Origin: Octopus sinensis
Lineage: Eukaryota
NCBI RefSeq assembly: GCF_006345805.1
Contig: NC_043002.1
Coordinates: forward strand, 41,416,001 to 41,480,000
Reading direction: 5' to 3'
DNA: 64,000 nt
Position 1 is the first letter of the stretch, and each line of letters opens with the position of its first letter. The notes under the pieces were generated by a model. That model was not told where the DNA came from, made no database searches, and saw nothing but the letters and a program-made list of their open reading frames with translations. This document shows, piece by piece, positions 51,037 to 62,099 of the stretch. Made by a program: the position numbers and the translations under genes.

Positions 51037-51443
51037 AGGCGCAGGAGTGGCTGTGTGGTAAGTAGCTTGCTTACCAACCACATGGTTCGGGGTTCAGTCC
51101 CACTGCGTGGCACCTTGGGCAAATGTCTTCTACTATAGCCTCGGGCCGACCAAAGCCTTGTGAGTGGATTTGGTAGACGGAAACTGAAAGAAGCCCGTCG
51201 TATATATGTATATATATGTATATGCATGTATGTTTGTGTGTCTGTGTTTGTCCCCCTAGCATTGCTTGACAACCGATGCTGGTGTGTTTATGTCCCCGTC
51301 ACTTAGCGGTTCGGCAAAAGAGACCGATAGAATAAGTACTGGGCTTACAAAGAATAAGTCCTGGGGTCGAGTTGCTCGACTAAAGGCGGTGCTCCAGCAT
51401 GGCCGCAGTCAAATGACTGAAACAAGTAAAAGAGTAAAAAGAG
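51037..51443 (+). mobile_element. tRNA-derived SINE family A, near-consensus copy
   Basis: A-box-like TGGCTGTGTGGTAAG, B-box-like GGTTCAGTCCC, central domain CTTCTACTATAGCCTCGGGCCGACC...GAAGCCCGTCG (recalled as Meta/OR-type; unverified), internal microsatellite, tail GAAACAAGTAAAAGAG. Confidence 0.9.
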
Positions 51444-51580
51444 TATATCGGCTACTGGGAGAGACTGAAAGAGTTAAGACACTACTCCTTAGAAAAAAGG
51501 TGGGAAAGATACATTGTAATATACATTTGGAAAAACCTAGAAGAACTTGTACCAAACTTTGGTATAGTTATATGTACAAT
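51444..51580 (+). pseudogene. CR1/L2-clade LINE ORF2 C-terminal fragment
   Basis: YIGYWERLKELRHYSLEKRWERYIVIYIWKNLEELVPNFGI matches the Y.ERL..L.LYSL.RRR.R...I..WKIL.G motif. Confidence 0.8.
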
Positions 51581-51878
51581 ATGTACATATAACTATCTTC
51601 GTCATTTTAAAATCTGTACATTTGCATTTCCAACATTTCATCACTTGTCATGGTCTGTCATCATCTCTTGCTGGGATTAAGAATCCTAAGATCAGATGTC
51701 ACCAATTCTATTTATGTCTTTTTCAGGTTTCTTCATCAGCAGGCTCCTGACACTCACATCGTTTAACAATTTTTTTTATTCACCTGGCTCCCATTCTTCA
51801 TTTGCGTCACATGTCTAAAGCATATACCTTTGGCAAATGTCATGTACTGTAGTAGTAATAGTAGTAGTAGTAGTAGTA

Positions 51879-51916
<38 letters not shown>

Positions 51917-52422
51917 ACTGAACTAGGTACCACATTTCGGGGAGAGCAAGGTTGTAGTCGATTACTACATCAACATTAATACCTGGACAGGTATTTCTTT
52001 TATCAACACTTGAAGGATTAAATCCAAAATTGACTGTGGCAAGCCTTGAACTCAAAAATGTAAAGATGAGATGAACCCCTGAGGGATTAAAGATGAAGGG
52101 GAAACTGAACGACAGTGGAAATTGAACTCAGGATGATAGGCACAGGTGTGGCTGCATAGTGGAAAAGTTTGCTTCCTGACCATGTGATCTTGGTTTCAGC
52201 CCCACTGCACCAGAGCCTTTGGCAAGGAGTGTCTTCTGCCAAATCCATAGGCTGGCCGAAGGGTTAAAAGCCTTGTGATTCAATTTGGTAGATAGAAATT
52301 GAAAGAAGCTTGTCGTGTGTGTGTATTTGTGTATGTGTATGTGTGTGTGTGTGTGTTTGTGTGTGCGTGTGTGTGTTTGTGTTTGTATGTGTGTGTTTGT
52401 GTGTGTGTGTGCATGTCTATGT

Positions 52423-52456
<34 letters not shown>

Positions 52457-52866
52457 ATCTTCTTGTCTTGACATTGCATGATTGTTGTAAATTAATGTCG
52501 TCCATTTCCAATATTCTGTGAAAACATGTCTGCTAGGAAGGAATATCATCTTTCTTGGAAACAGGTAGGAATTGGCTTCCATGAATTCTATCAGACCTAT
52601 GCAAACATGGAAAAGTTAAAATGTTGTTGATGATGATGATGATGATGATGATGAGGAGGAGGAGGAGAGGAGGAGGAGGAGGAGGAGGAGGATATCTACT
52701 TGCTTCTACTCAAGAATCTCTACAATTTCTCCTGACATACCTTTCACTGCAACAACATTGATGATAGCAGCCCTAATGTTTTTACATCTGAGAAGACGTG
52801 GAGAGTTTCCAATGGGGTATTATAGTGGACGTAGGTGGACTTGATGTGTGTGTGTGTGTGTGTGTG

Positions 52867-52901
<35 letters not shown>

Positions 52902-53321
52902 ATGCGTGTGCAGGTGTGATTATATGGTTCTGAGCAAGCATCTACTATTATTGCTTAGAGCTGTCCAATTCTATTTGAATGCAATTTGCAAATAGAAACT
53001 GCACTGACGCCTGTCATATATACATGTGTGTGTGTGTGAGTGTGTGTAAATGAGTGCACACGTGTGTGTGTGTGTGTGTGTATAGACTTGTCAAGACATC
53101 ATGTGATAGTTATAAATGAGTATAATCATCATAGCTGTTAATTCTATTCTGTTACAGAAAACAAGTTTGGCCATTATGAAAAACAAGTTAGGGCTGGCAA
53201 CAGTAAGAGCATCTGGCCGTAAGGAAAATATCTGCCTTAGCAAATGCCGTCTGACTCATGTGAGCATGGAAAAGTGGATGTTAAATGATGACGATGAAGA
53301 TGATAATGATGAAGATTATAG

Positions 53322-53353
<32 letters not shown>

Positions 53354-53676
53354 GTGATGGTGGTGGTGGTGGTGATGATGATGATGAACGAAAAACTGAA
53401 GAAGAAGTGAGGGTGAGTAGTTGATGATGGACTCTCCCTCCAGCTTTAGAGTTTCTAAGGGAGCAAGCAGTGAAACCATATGAATCTAATAGCTATCTCT
53501 TAGCATTTATGTATTTCAGTCATTGGACTGCAGCCATACTGGAGCTTCATCTTGAAAGGTTTTAATCAAACACATCGTCCCCAGTACTAATTTTTAAATG
53601 TTCAAGTTGTGGGAACAAACCAAAGACAGTTGTCAAGTGGTGGTAGTGGACAAACACCGACAAACACACATATATA

Positions 53677-54105
53677 TATAAATAAGGGTGTCTGAGAGAC
53701 ACCACCATCCCGAAATAGCAGTCAAATCCCTGACTCTAAAAACCACCTTAAATGTTCATATCGCACCACGAGATAAGAGGGACAAAATAGACTAGCAAAA
53801 AGGTATTACTGAATAATTCAAGATCCTGGATTTCTAGCTTTGCTTCAAATAAGCTCTGCCTTCATCAGTTGAATATATCAGATGGGCACATATGTCTTAT
53901 CTCGTGGTGCGATATGAACATTTAAGGTGATTTTTAGAGTCAGGGATTTGACTGCTATTTCGGCATGGTGGTGTCTCTCAGACACCCTTATTTATAGTTG
54001 TAAAAAAAATTATTACCTTTGTATGGTATTTATTCCCATGCTGGCCACTTGATAGTATCGATATTTAAATATCGATATTATCCTTATTTATAAATTTATA
54101 TATAT
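53677..54105 (+). mobile_element. Inverted-pLTR mini-element: 102-bp arms (53677-53778 / 53895-53996) plus tail
   Basis: Arms 100/102 identical in inverted orientation; hammerhead in the spacer; tail with hairpin 54051-54082. Confidence 0.85.
53816..53874 (-). ncRNA. Minimal type I hammerhead, one helix-II closing mismatch
   Basis: ATTCAA-CTGATGA-AGGC...GCTA-GAAA-TCC-A-GGA-T-C-TTGAAT: 6-bp helix I, AUC triplet, A.A at 10.1/11.1. Confidence 0.75.
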
Positions 54106-54934
54106 ATCTGTGTATCTCTTTGTGCCTGTGTTTGTGCCCCATCATCGCTTGACAAACAGTGTTGGGGTGTTTATGTCCCTGTAACATGGCGGTTCAGCAA
54201 AAGAAACTGGTAGAATAAGTATTAGGCTTAAAAAAAAGTAAGTCCTGGGGTTGATTTGTTTGACTAAAACCACCCAATCTGGTGCTTCAGCATGTCTGTA
54301 GTCAAATAACTTAAAGAATAAATGCACTAACACACACACACATATATATACAATGGGCTTCTTTCAGTTTCCATCAACCAAATCCATTCACAACTCTTTG
54401 GTCAGCCCAAGGTTGTAACAGAAGACAAATGCCCAAGGTACCATGCAGTGGGACTGATCTTGAAACCAAGTGCTTGGGAAGCAAAGATTCTTGCCAAAAC
54501 AGCCATGCCGGTGCCTGGTAATTTACTGGTAATTAATTCAGTGACCTCAGATGAAAGGGGTGAGCGAGGAAGATGGAAGAGTGTTGTTGATGATGATGAA
54601 AGGCAAAATTTGACCCATTAGAATTTGAACTTAGTAAAGGGATGTAATTAAATACCACAAGGCACCCTAACCATTTCTGCCACTTCATTTGGCCTAGCGA
54701 TAATTAGCAAAGGCAATAATTTCTCACACTGGCAAAAGGTCATAAATGTATAAGCAAAGTTGACTACATTGACCCTAATCTAAAATATTATTGGTATTTT
54801 ATATTGTCTTTTTTTTTGTGTGTGTGTGTGTGTTTAATTTATTTATTAGCCAACCCCCAGAACAATGAAAAGCAAAGAGACTTTGGTTCTGGCACTCTAC
54901 CAGTTCCTGCTCCAGCTTTGACCACACCCAGGCT

Positions 54935-54975
<41 letters not shown>

Positions 54976-55719
54976 GGTGGTGGTGGTAGCAGTGGTGGTG
55001 GTGGTGATGGCGGTGGCGGTGGCGGTGAGGGCAGCACCGGTGGTGGTGGTGATGGCAGCAGTGGTGGTGGTAGTAAAAGTAGTGGCTGTACTAGTGGAGA
55101 AAGAAAACATACAATGTATGAAAATTTTATGTTGTCATTTAGTTCCAGGTCAGCCTGAATGAGCTGAAATATGATCAAAGACATTCTAGATGTGACCATC
55201 CAGTCTATTTTCCTCTTTAAACTCACTTACTCAAAACTGCATGAACAAGTCCTTCTTTTCAAAGACAGTATGTAGAATGTGGTTTCAGGGAGGTTTGACT
55301 ATTATTTCAAGCAAGTTAGATGACCATGTCAGTTTTCTCTCATTGCCTGGTAATGGTATTAACTATTTCTGACTTATGCATGAGGCCACAAGATTGAGGA
55401 GGAGATGGATATTGTCTATTAAATCAACCCCAATACTTAACCAGTAGTAGGTATGTTAACTAACCCCAGAAGGAATGAAATGCAAAGTCAAAATGGCAAA
55501 ATTTGAACTTAGAATGCAAAGTGCCAAAACATTTGTACACAGAAGGTTTTGTGGTTAAGGTGCACTGTTTCAAACCATGTGGTTTGGGGTTTAGCCTCAC
55601 TGTGCAACACCTCAAGAAAGTAACTTCTATTATAGCACCAGGCTGACCAGTGCCTTGTGAGAGAACTTGGTAGACAGAAACTCTTTGGAAGTCCATATAT
55701 ATATATGTGTGTGTATTAT

Positions 55720-56280
55720 TATTTATTGCCAAATTAACATGGCAGTCCAGAGAAATCGAATAAATGCTGCTGTTGATTAACGCTAAGATGCGATCACCTC
55801 TAGCTAGCTATATGATGCACAAATCTGTGTCCATAAACCTTTAAACAGGGGAGTTCATCAACCTCCCTCTGCTGGCTTGGCATCCACAGACCAGTTGTGG
55901 GGTGGTTGCCCCTTATCAATGTGGAGCAGCCGAGTCCAGCAGGGGTCACTGCTGACCATCTGTTCAAAGGTTTTATTTATATATATTCAATGAAACACAT
56001 TCACTGATTTTCAAAAATAGAAATGTTATAATTTCTAAATCTCTCTAAAGGAGAGATGCAGCAGCAGTACTGGGTATTAATATTTATTGCCAAACTAACA
56101 TGGCAGTCCAGAGAAATAGGATGAATGCTGCTGTTGATTAGCTCTGAGTGGCAATTGCCTCTAGCTAGCTATATGATGCACAAATATACGTCCATAAACC
56201 TTCGAACAGGGGAGGTCATCACCCTCCCCCGACTGGCTTGGCATCCACAGACCAGTTTGGGGGTAGTTTCCCCTTACAAT
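55720..56280 (-). repeat. Two about 200-bp direct copies of a SINE-like 3' end (55720-55920, 56081-56280)
   Basis: TATTTATTGCCAAA(T/C)TAACATGGCAGTCCAGAGAAAT...GGCTTGGCATCCACAGACCAGTT repeated 361 bp apart. Confidence 0.8.
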
Positions 56281-57104
56281 ATTGCAGTAAAAGTGTTGCA
56301 TTACATTTGTGACGATGTGTGAATAATGAAAGTAATGTTTCTCCAAATTAGTCTCATCTGTACTATAATAAAGAAAGCTATAATAGATACAGGTCAAGGT
56401 GGGATACATGGTGTTGCCAGAAGTGGAATGCTGATTACGCTTCTAACATAACCATGTGATCTGTCGTAACCAATAGCAATCCAGTTTCCGGTTGGTCATC
56501 TTGAATCCCCTGTGTCTCTCCATTTGGTTACCTGAGCTAAAAAGTACTAGGTTTCTATAAGAAGCCTACAAAATTTGAAGCTGTATGGAGGCTGAATCAG
56601 ACTGTTTTAATTATATTTTAACATTTTGAGCCTATGCTCTTCCACAGAAAGGAACACAGAAAGAAACAAGGAGAGAAAATAAAGAATGTGTAGTGGCTAG
56701 CAATCTATCATATATATATATGTGTGTGTGTGTGTGGTGTGTGTGTGTGTATCTGATGGACTCTCCCATCGAAGACAACATATAAGTGTTCAGCTTTGCC
56801 GAATGACGTACACAAATGATTTGTTTATAGTGATCAAATGTTCGTGCCACACATTAGTTCACTCTCTCCATCAAATCGACATTGTCTGAACAGGTGCACA
56901 GTGTACCACACATCAAGTGTCATAGTAATCGCAGAGTGACATGAGATGAAGTGTTTTTGCTCAAGAACACAACATACCACCCAGTCTTGAAATTGAAACT
57001 ATGATCTAGCAATTGTGAGTGCAACACCCTAACCACTAGGCCATTATATACACAAATACATACACATATTTATGTATGTATTTAGTGTGTGTATATATAT
57101 ATAT

Positions 57105-57310
57105 ATAGTCGCCATGATAGATCGTTAGCCACTACACACATTTTTTTTCTCTCCTTGTTTCTCTCCTTGTTTTTTCTGTGTCCCTTCCTATAGAAGAGCA
57201 TAGGCTTGAAATGTAAAAGACTTTTTCTATTCCTGAGCGTTATACTAATACATCTGTTTGTTTTGTACACCACCTGTCTTCGTCTTTTGTTTTTTTCGTA
57301 AACTCTCCCT
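57105..57310 (+). mobile_element. Penelope-like pLTR copy
   Basis: Homologous to 12960-13260 and inverted relative to 56617-56710. Confidence 0.6.
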
Positions 57311-57822
57311 ATATATATATATATATATATATATATCTGGCCAGGCAGGAGCCTGCACCAGACTTCTGCATCTATTTTGGCACAGTTTTTACAGCTAAAG
57401 CAGATGCAGATGTCTGGTGCAGGCCCCTGCCTGGCCAGCTCCTCTCAAACTGTCCAACCCATGCCAGCATGGAAGGCAGACATTAAATGATGATGATGAT
57501 ATATCAAATGGTGAGATCACAGTGATTGTGATCAGTAGCTCTCAGTATATGATTGGCTGATGAAGTACTCCAGAGATCAATCAATCGGTAGAGTGATTGA
57601 ATATGATATAGGTAATTCATGTATAACTGCATGTAATAAATGAGTCACCACAAAAACATGTGTGATTCAGAATAAACTGCTTTTGTTTTCTCACCTACCC
57701 AGTAGGGTGGCACCATTCAAAAGCTAAAATGACACATTTTTGACTAGCAATGTATATATAACAATATCTGATAGCCTGATCGATCATGTGGCCATGTAAC
57801 ATATGTATATATATATAAGTAC

Positions 57823-58148
57823 AGTTGTCACTAAATTGATGGTGGGTGCTAGTAACAACATTCTAGAAATAAGAGTCAAAAGCAACTCTTAAGCCACATG
57901 AGAGCACTTTTCTAACAACTAACAAAGGAGACAGGCTCCCTCCCTACAACAAGTGAGATGGAGTCATATCAGTACTGATTTCAGATTTAATTAATCTGTG
58001 ACCCATTACTCTGTTGCCGAGGGTTAAAGAACCTAAGTCACCTTGTCAACCATTAGAAAAGTGCTCAAATGTGGTTAAGAGTTGTTTTGACTCTTATTCC
58101 AAGCAATTCTGGTTCTTGCCAGCACCCTCCATGACTTCAGTGACAACT
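57823..58148. repeat. Old fold-back, about 95-bp arms (57823-57915 / 58053-58148)
   Basis: AGTTGTCACT...AATAAGAGTCAAAA(G)CAACTCTTAA..GAGCACTTTTCTAA aligns to its reverse complement at roughly 75 percent; right arm related to 13760-13830. Confidence 0.8.
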
Positions 58149-58440
58149 AAACTTCTTCATCAGTTCTAATTTGCAAATAACCACCTTAATAATTTATATG
58201 GGCTCGTTTCTCATTTTGTCTACATTTTTTTTAATGTCCTGTACCCACATAGGCATGTATATATACATATATATGTAGGTATGTACATATATGTATGTAT
58301 ATATGCATATATTTATATATTATTTATATTATTATATAATCGAACAGCACGCATCCATTCCCAAGTAAGTTTTATAACCCATGCTAGCATGGAAAACAGA
58401 CGTTAAATGATGATGATGATGATGATGATGATAATTGAAA

Positions 58441-58634
58441 TTATAATTTAGGGTATCTACATGAACATTTAATGTGGTTTTAGAGTCAGATTCTGGCTGC
58501 TATTTTCAGCATGGCAATTTCTTGTGGATACCCTAAATTATAAATTTTAATAATAATTATTATCTTTGAAGGTTTTTATTTCCATGCTGGCCACTTGATT
58601 AGATCGTTATTTAATTTAAATTAACAATCTTCAA

Positions 58635-58635
<1 letters not shown>
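58441..58635 (+). mobile_element. pLTR mini-element, diverged relative of 53677-54105
   Basis: Perfect 17-bp IR TTATAATTTAGGGTATC (58441-58457 / 58527-58543), body homologous to 53910-53996, same CATGCTGGCCACTTGAT tail. Confidence 0.75.
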
Positions 58636-58644
<9 letters not shown>

Positions 58645-58667
<23 letters not shown>

Positions 58668-58999
58668 GAGACCCTCTTTGGTGATGACTGACCATAGGAT
58701 TGCACTTAGAAAGTTACCCTCCAAGGTACAAGTCCGGGCAAGATTGTTTATGGAAGGCCAGCAGTCACCCGTGCATACCAGCCTCCCCTCTCCACACCAC
58801 TGATGTTATCCAAAGGAAAGGCAAAGGCCGATACAGCTTGGCACCAGTGATGTCTCAACTCATTTCTACAGCTGAGTTAACTGGAGCAACGTGAAATAAA
58901 GTGTCTTGCTCAAGAACACAACACGCAGCCCGGCCCGGGAATCAAACTCACAACTTCCTGATCGTAAGCTCGATGCTCTAACCACTGAGCCATGCACCT

Positions 59000-59000
<1 letters not shown>
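58645..59000 (-). mobile_element. SINE family C variant (different 3' tail)
   Basis: tRNA-like head at 58930-58998 and CTTGAGCAAGACACTTTATTTCAC core on the minus strand. Confidence 0.75.
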
Positions 59001-59064
<64 letters not shown>

Positions 59065-59749
59065 CATCATCATCATCATCATCATCGTTTAACATCAGTT
59101 TTCCATGCTAGCATGGGTTGGACGGTTTGACCGAAGTCTGGGAAGCCAAGAGGCTGCACCAGGCTCCAGTCTGATCTGGCAGTGTTTCTACAGCTGGATG
59201 CCCTTCCTAATGCCAACCACTCCATGAGTGTAGTGGGTGCTTTTTACATGCCACCGGCACAGAAGCCAGTCAAGGCAGCGCTGGCATTGGCCACGTTCGG
59301 ATGGTGCATTTTACGTGCCACCGGCACAGGTATCACAACTACAATTTCCATTTGATTTTTTGATGTTGATGTACTTGACTCAATAGGTCTCCTCAACCAC
59401 AGGGGTTTCCTTATATATCTACACACACACATGCACATATACATATCAGAATGAGAAGTATATATTTATGTAAGGCTCTTCGTATTTGGAGTTCAAAGAC
59501 TGCTGAATTCAACTTTGCCAGTTATTCTTCTGGGATTGCTTGGATAAAGTTCTAGTCAAGTTACTGGTATGATTTTAATATTCCTACAAAGAATGAAATT
59601 ATAATAGAACACCTTAAATACATTACATATATATACATACATCTTTCTTTTACTGTTTGCTTGTTTCTGTCATTGGACCGCAGCCATGCTGGAGCACTGC
59701 CTCGTTTTACAGGACTTAATTTCAATACTATAAGACATTTCAATTTGAG

Positions 59750-60800
59750 CCGCTAGCCTTTTTGTCACTTCCTAACACCAGCATTATGTCTTTCTGGTCA
59801 CTTTCTGACACCCTAGCATTTCTGTCACTTTCTGGAAGCAGCATTTTAGTCTGGTAGCATTTCTGTCACTTTCTGGAAGCAACATTTTAGTCTGGTTGCA
59901 TTTCTGTCACTTTCTGGAAGTAACATTTTAGTCTGGTAGCATTTCTGTCACTTTCTGGAAGTAGCATTTTAGTCTGGTAGCATTTCTGTTACTTTCTGGA
60001 AGTAACATTTTAGTCTGGTAGCATTTCTATCACTTTCTGGAAGTAACATTTTAGTCTGGTAGCATTTCTGTCACTTTCTGGAAGTAGCATTTTAGTCTGG
60101 TATCATTTCTATCACTTTCTGGAAGTAACATTTTAGTCTGGTAGCATTTCTGTCACTTTCTGGAAGTAGCATTTTAGTCTGGTAGCATTTCTGTCACTTT
60201 CTTGAAGCAACATTTTAGTCTGGTAGCATTTCTATCACTTTCTGGAAGCAGAATTTTAGTCTGGTAGTATTTCTATCACTTTCTGGAAGTAGCATTTCTG
60301 TCACTCTCTAACACTAATTTTTTAGTCTGCTTGCATTTCTTGTCACTCTCTGACATTGTTGTAAATCTATCAATTTCTGACACATTAGAATTTTAGTATT
60401 TTCATTAATTTTTTTGACACTAGCTTTTTCACTCTGGTTTTCTAGCCTTTTTATCATTTACTTGATATTCTAGTATATTAAGTCTGTAAGCATTTATGTC
60501 ACTTTCTGACTAGCATTTTAGTCTGACAGCCTTTCTGTCACTTTTTGACACAAGCATTTTTGTCTGAACTAACAATTTTAGCACTTTAGCCTGGTAGTAT
60601 TTCTGCCTTTAATATTTTAATCTTATTGCAAGCACTTCTGCCATTTTCTGACACCAGCATTTTAGTCTGATAACATTTCTGTCACTTCCTGACACTGTAG
60701 CATTACACTCTAGCAATTCTGTTACTTTCTAATACTTCTGGCATTTTAATCTAGTAATCTAATATTTCTATTACATTCTGACACTCTGATATTACTGTCA
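59750..60800. repeat. 41-bp minisatellite
   Basis: TCTGTCACTTTCTGGAAGYARCATTTTAGTCTGGTAGCATT units start at 59821 and every 41 bp to 60272 (about 11.6 units); degenerate copies on both flanks. Confidence 0.95.
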
Positions 60801-60995
60801 CTTCACAAAAAAAAAGAAGAAAATACCAAAAAAAAAAACCAAATCTGTCATGCGCGACATACATAACTTCCTGTTTGGTTCACAACTCAGCCTCTCCCTT
60901 TCTCTGCATCTATGTATACACACACATTTCTCATCACAATCTTTAAAGACATTATTAAGCTACCACTTTCTAAAGTTAGAAATTTCTTCTTTTAA

Positions 60996-61190
60996 CCCTT
61001 TCGATACCAATCCGGCTGAAACTGGCTCTGGCTCTGTAGTACAAATGTCTTGTTTTCATAAGTTTTGAATTAAAATCTTTCACCAAAACTTAGTCACACT
61101 AGCTGAAGCTATTTTACTAAATTCTTTGTTATATTTAAAGTAATTGAAAGAAACATAGAGCATCTCAAAATAAATACAGTAACAAAAGGG
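60996..61190. mobile_element. piggyBac-type MITE, 195 bp
   Basis: TTAA TSDs (60992-60995, 61191-61194); TIR CCCTTTCGATAC / GTAACAAAAGGG at 10/12. Confidence 0.8.
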
Positions 61191-61273
61191 TTAAAATAAG
61201 TTTATTACAAAATAGAAAGTTGTGAATCTACGTTCTTTAAACTTTTCTTAAGAAAACTTCATATATATATATA

Positions 61274-61319
<46 letters not shown>

Positions 61320-61332
61320 TATACACACAAGT

Positions 61333-61875
61333 ATTTTTTAATATGCTGGCCATTGATAAAAATTTTTCAAAAAGAAATTTTTTTTAGAAAAAAATTTTAT
61401 CCTACATTAAATACTGTGAGGGCCTCAGTTCAAATCACATGTGTCTCGAATGGGCTGCAGCTTTTCTATTTTGGATGTATTTGGGGTACTTAATTGTGCT
61501 CATGACTTAGTGTTTGCTTCTTCCATGGGTATGAGTAAGTATCTCATTTATTTCTTTTGCCACATGTATCACTGACGAAGGGAGGGCTGTTATAAGCTAA
61601 CCCTGAAATCGGTCCGATATGGTAATAATGGAATTTTTTAGAAATTTCTGTCAGCTTTTTTTTGAGTAGCGTGTGTATTGTGAAAAAATTATATGGTTAA
61701 TGGACAATGTGTCCAATTTTTCGGCATATTTGGCATTAGAAATATTTTCATTTGCCCTTATTTATGAATTGTTTATAAATTTAACCTTTAAAGGTATTTT
61801 TTAATATGCTGGCCATTGATAAAATTTTTTTCGAAAAGAAATTTTTTTTCGAAAAAAATTTTATCCTACATTAGA
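61333..61875 (+). mobile_element. ORF-less partial-tandem pLTR element carrying a hammerhead
   Basis: About 75-bp direct repeat TTTTTAATATGCTGGCCATTGATAAAA...TTTTATCCTACATTA at about 61335 and 61797; hammerhead between them. Confidence 0.75.
61567..61624 (+). ncRNA. Minimal type I hammerhead ribozyme, canonical core
   Basis: TATCA-CTGACGA-AGGG...CCCT-GAAA-TCGG-T-CCGA-T-A-TGGTA: 5-bp helix I with one G.U, 4-bp helix II, near-palindromic helix III, AUA triplet. Confidence 0.85.
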
Positions 61876-62099
61876 TATATATATATAATAAAAGGGTAAG
61901 TAATAAAAGTATGTTACCATCATGGAGTTTCTTATAGTAGTAGAAAAGGAATTTTAACTCCTATTTCTAAATTCGGTATGTGGTGAAGCACTTAGCTGAA
62001 CCCTAATTATAATTATAATTATATATATCTAAATATATATATAGTCCAACCCATGCTAGCATGGAAAGCGGACGTTAAACGATGATGTATATATAATAA

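Noticed and set aside
51700-51790. Strong acceptor TTTTTTCAG|G with frame FLHQQAPDTHIV*, and minus-strand CTGATGA-AG-AAAC-CT-GAAA
   Set aside because: Peptide unrecognised with no linked exons; the hammerhead reading lacks helices I and III.
54860-54940. Short unique segment NNEKQRDFGSGTLPVPAPALTTPRL* as a terminal exon
   Set aside because: Weak acceptor, no homology recognised, no upstream exon chain.
57696-57724. 29-nt minus-strand AG..GT bounded segment (LLNGATLLG)
   Set aside because: Too short to distinguish from chance splice-site pairs.
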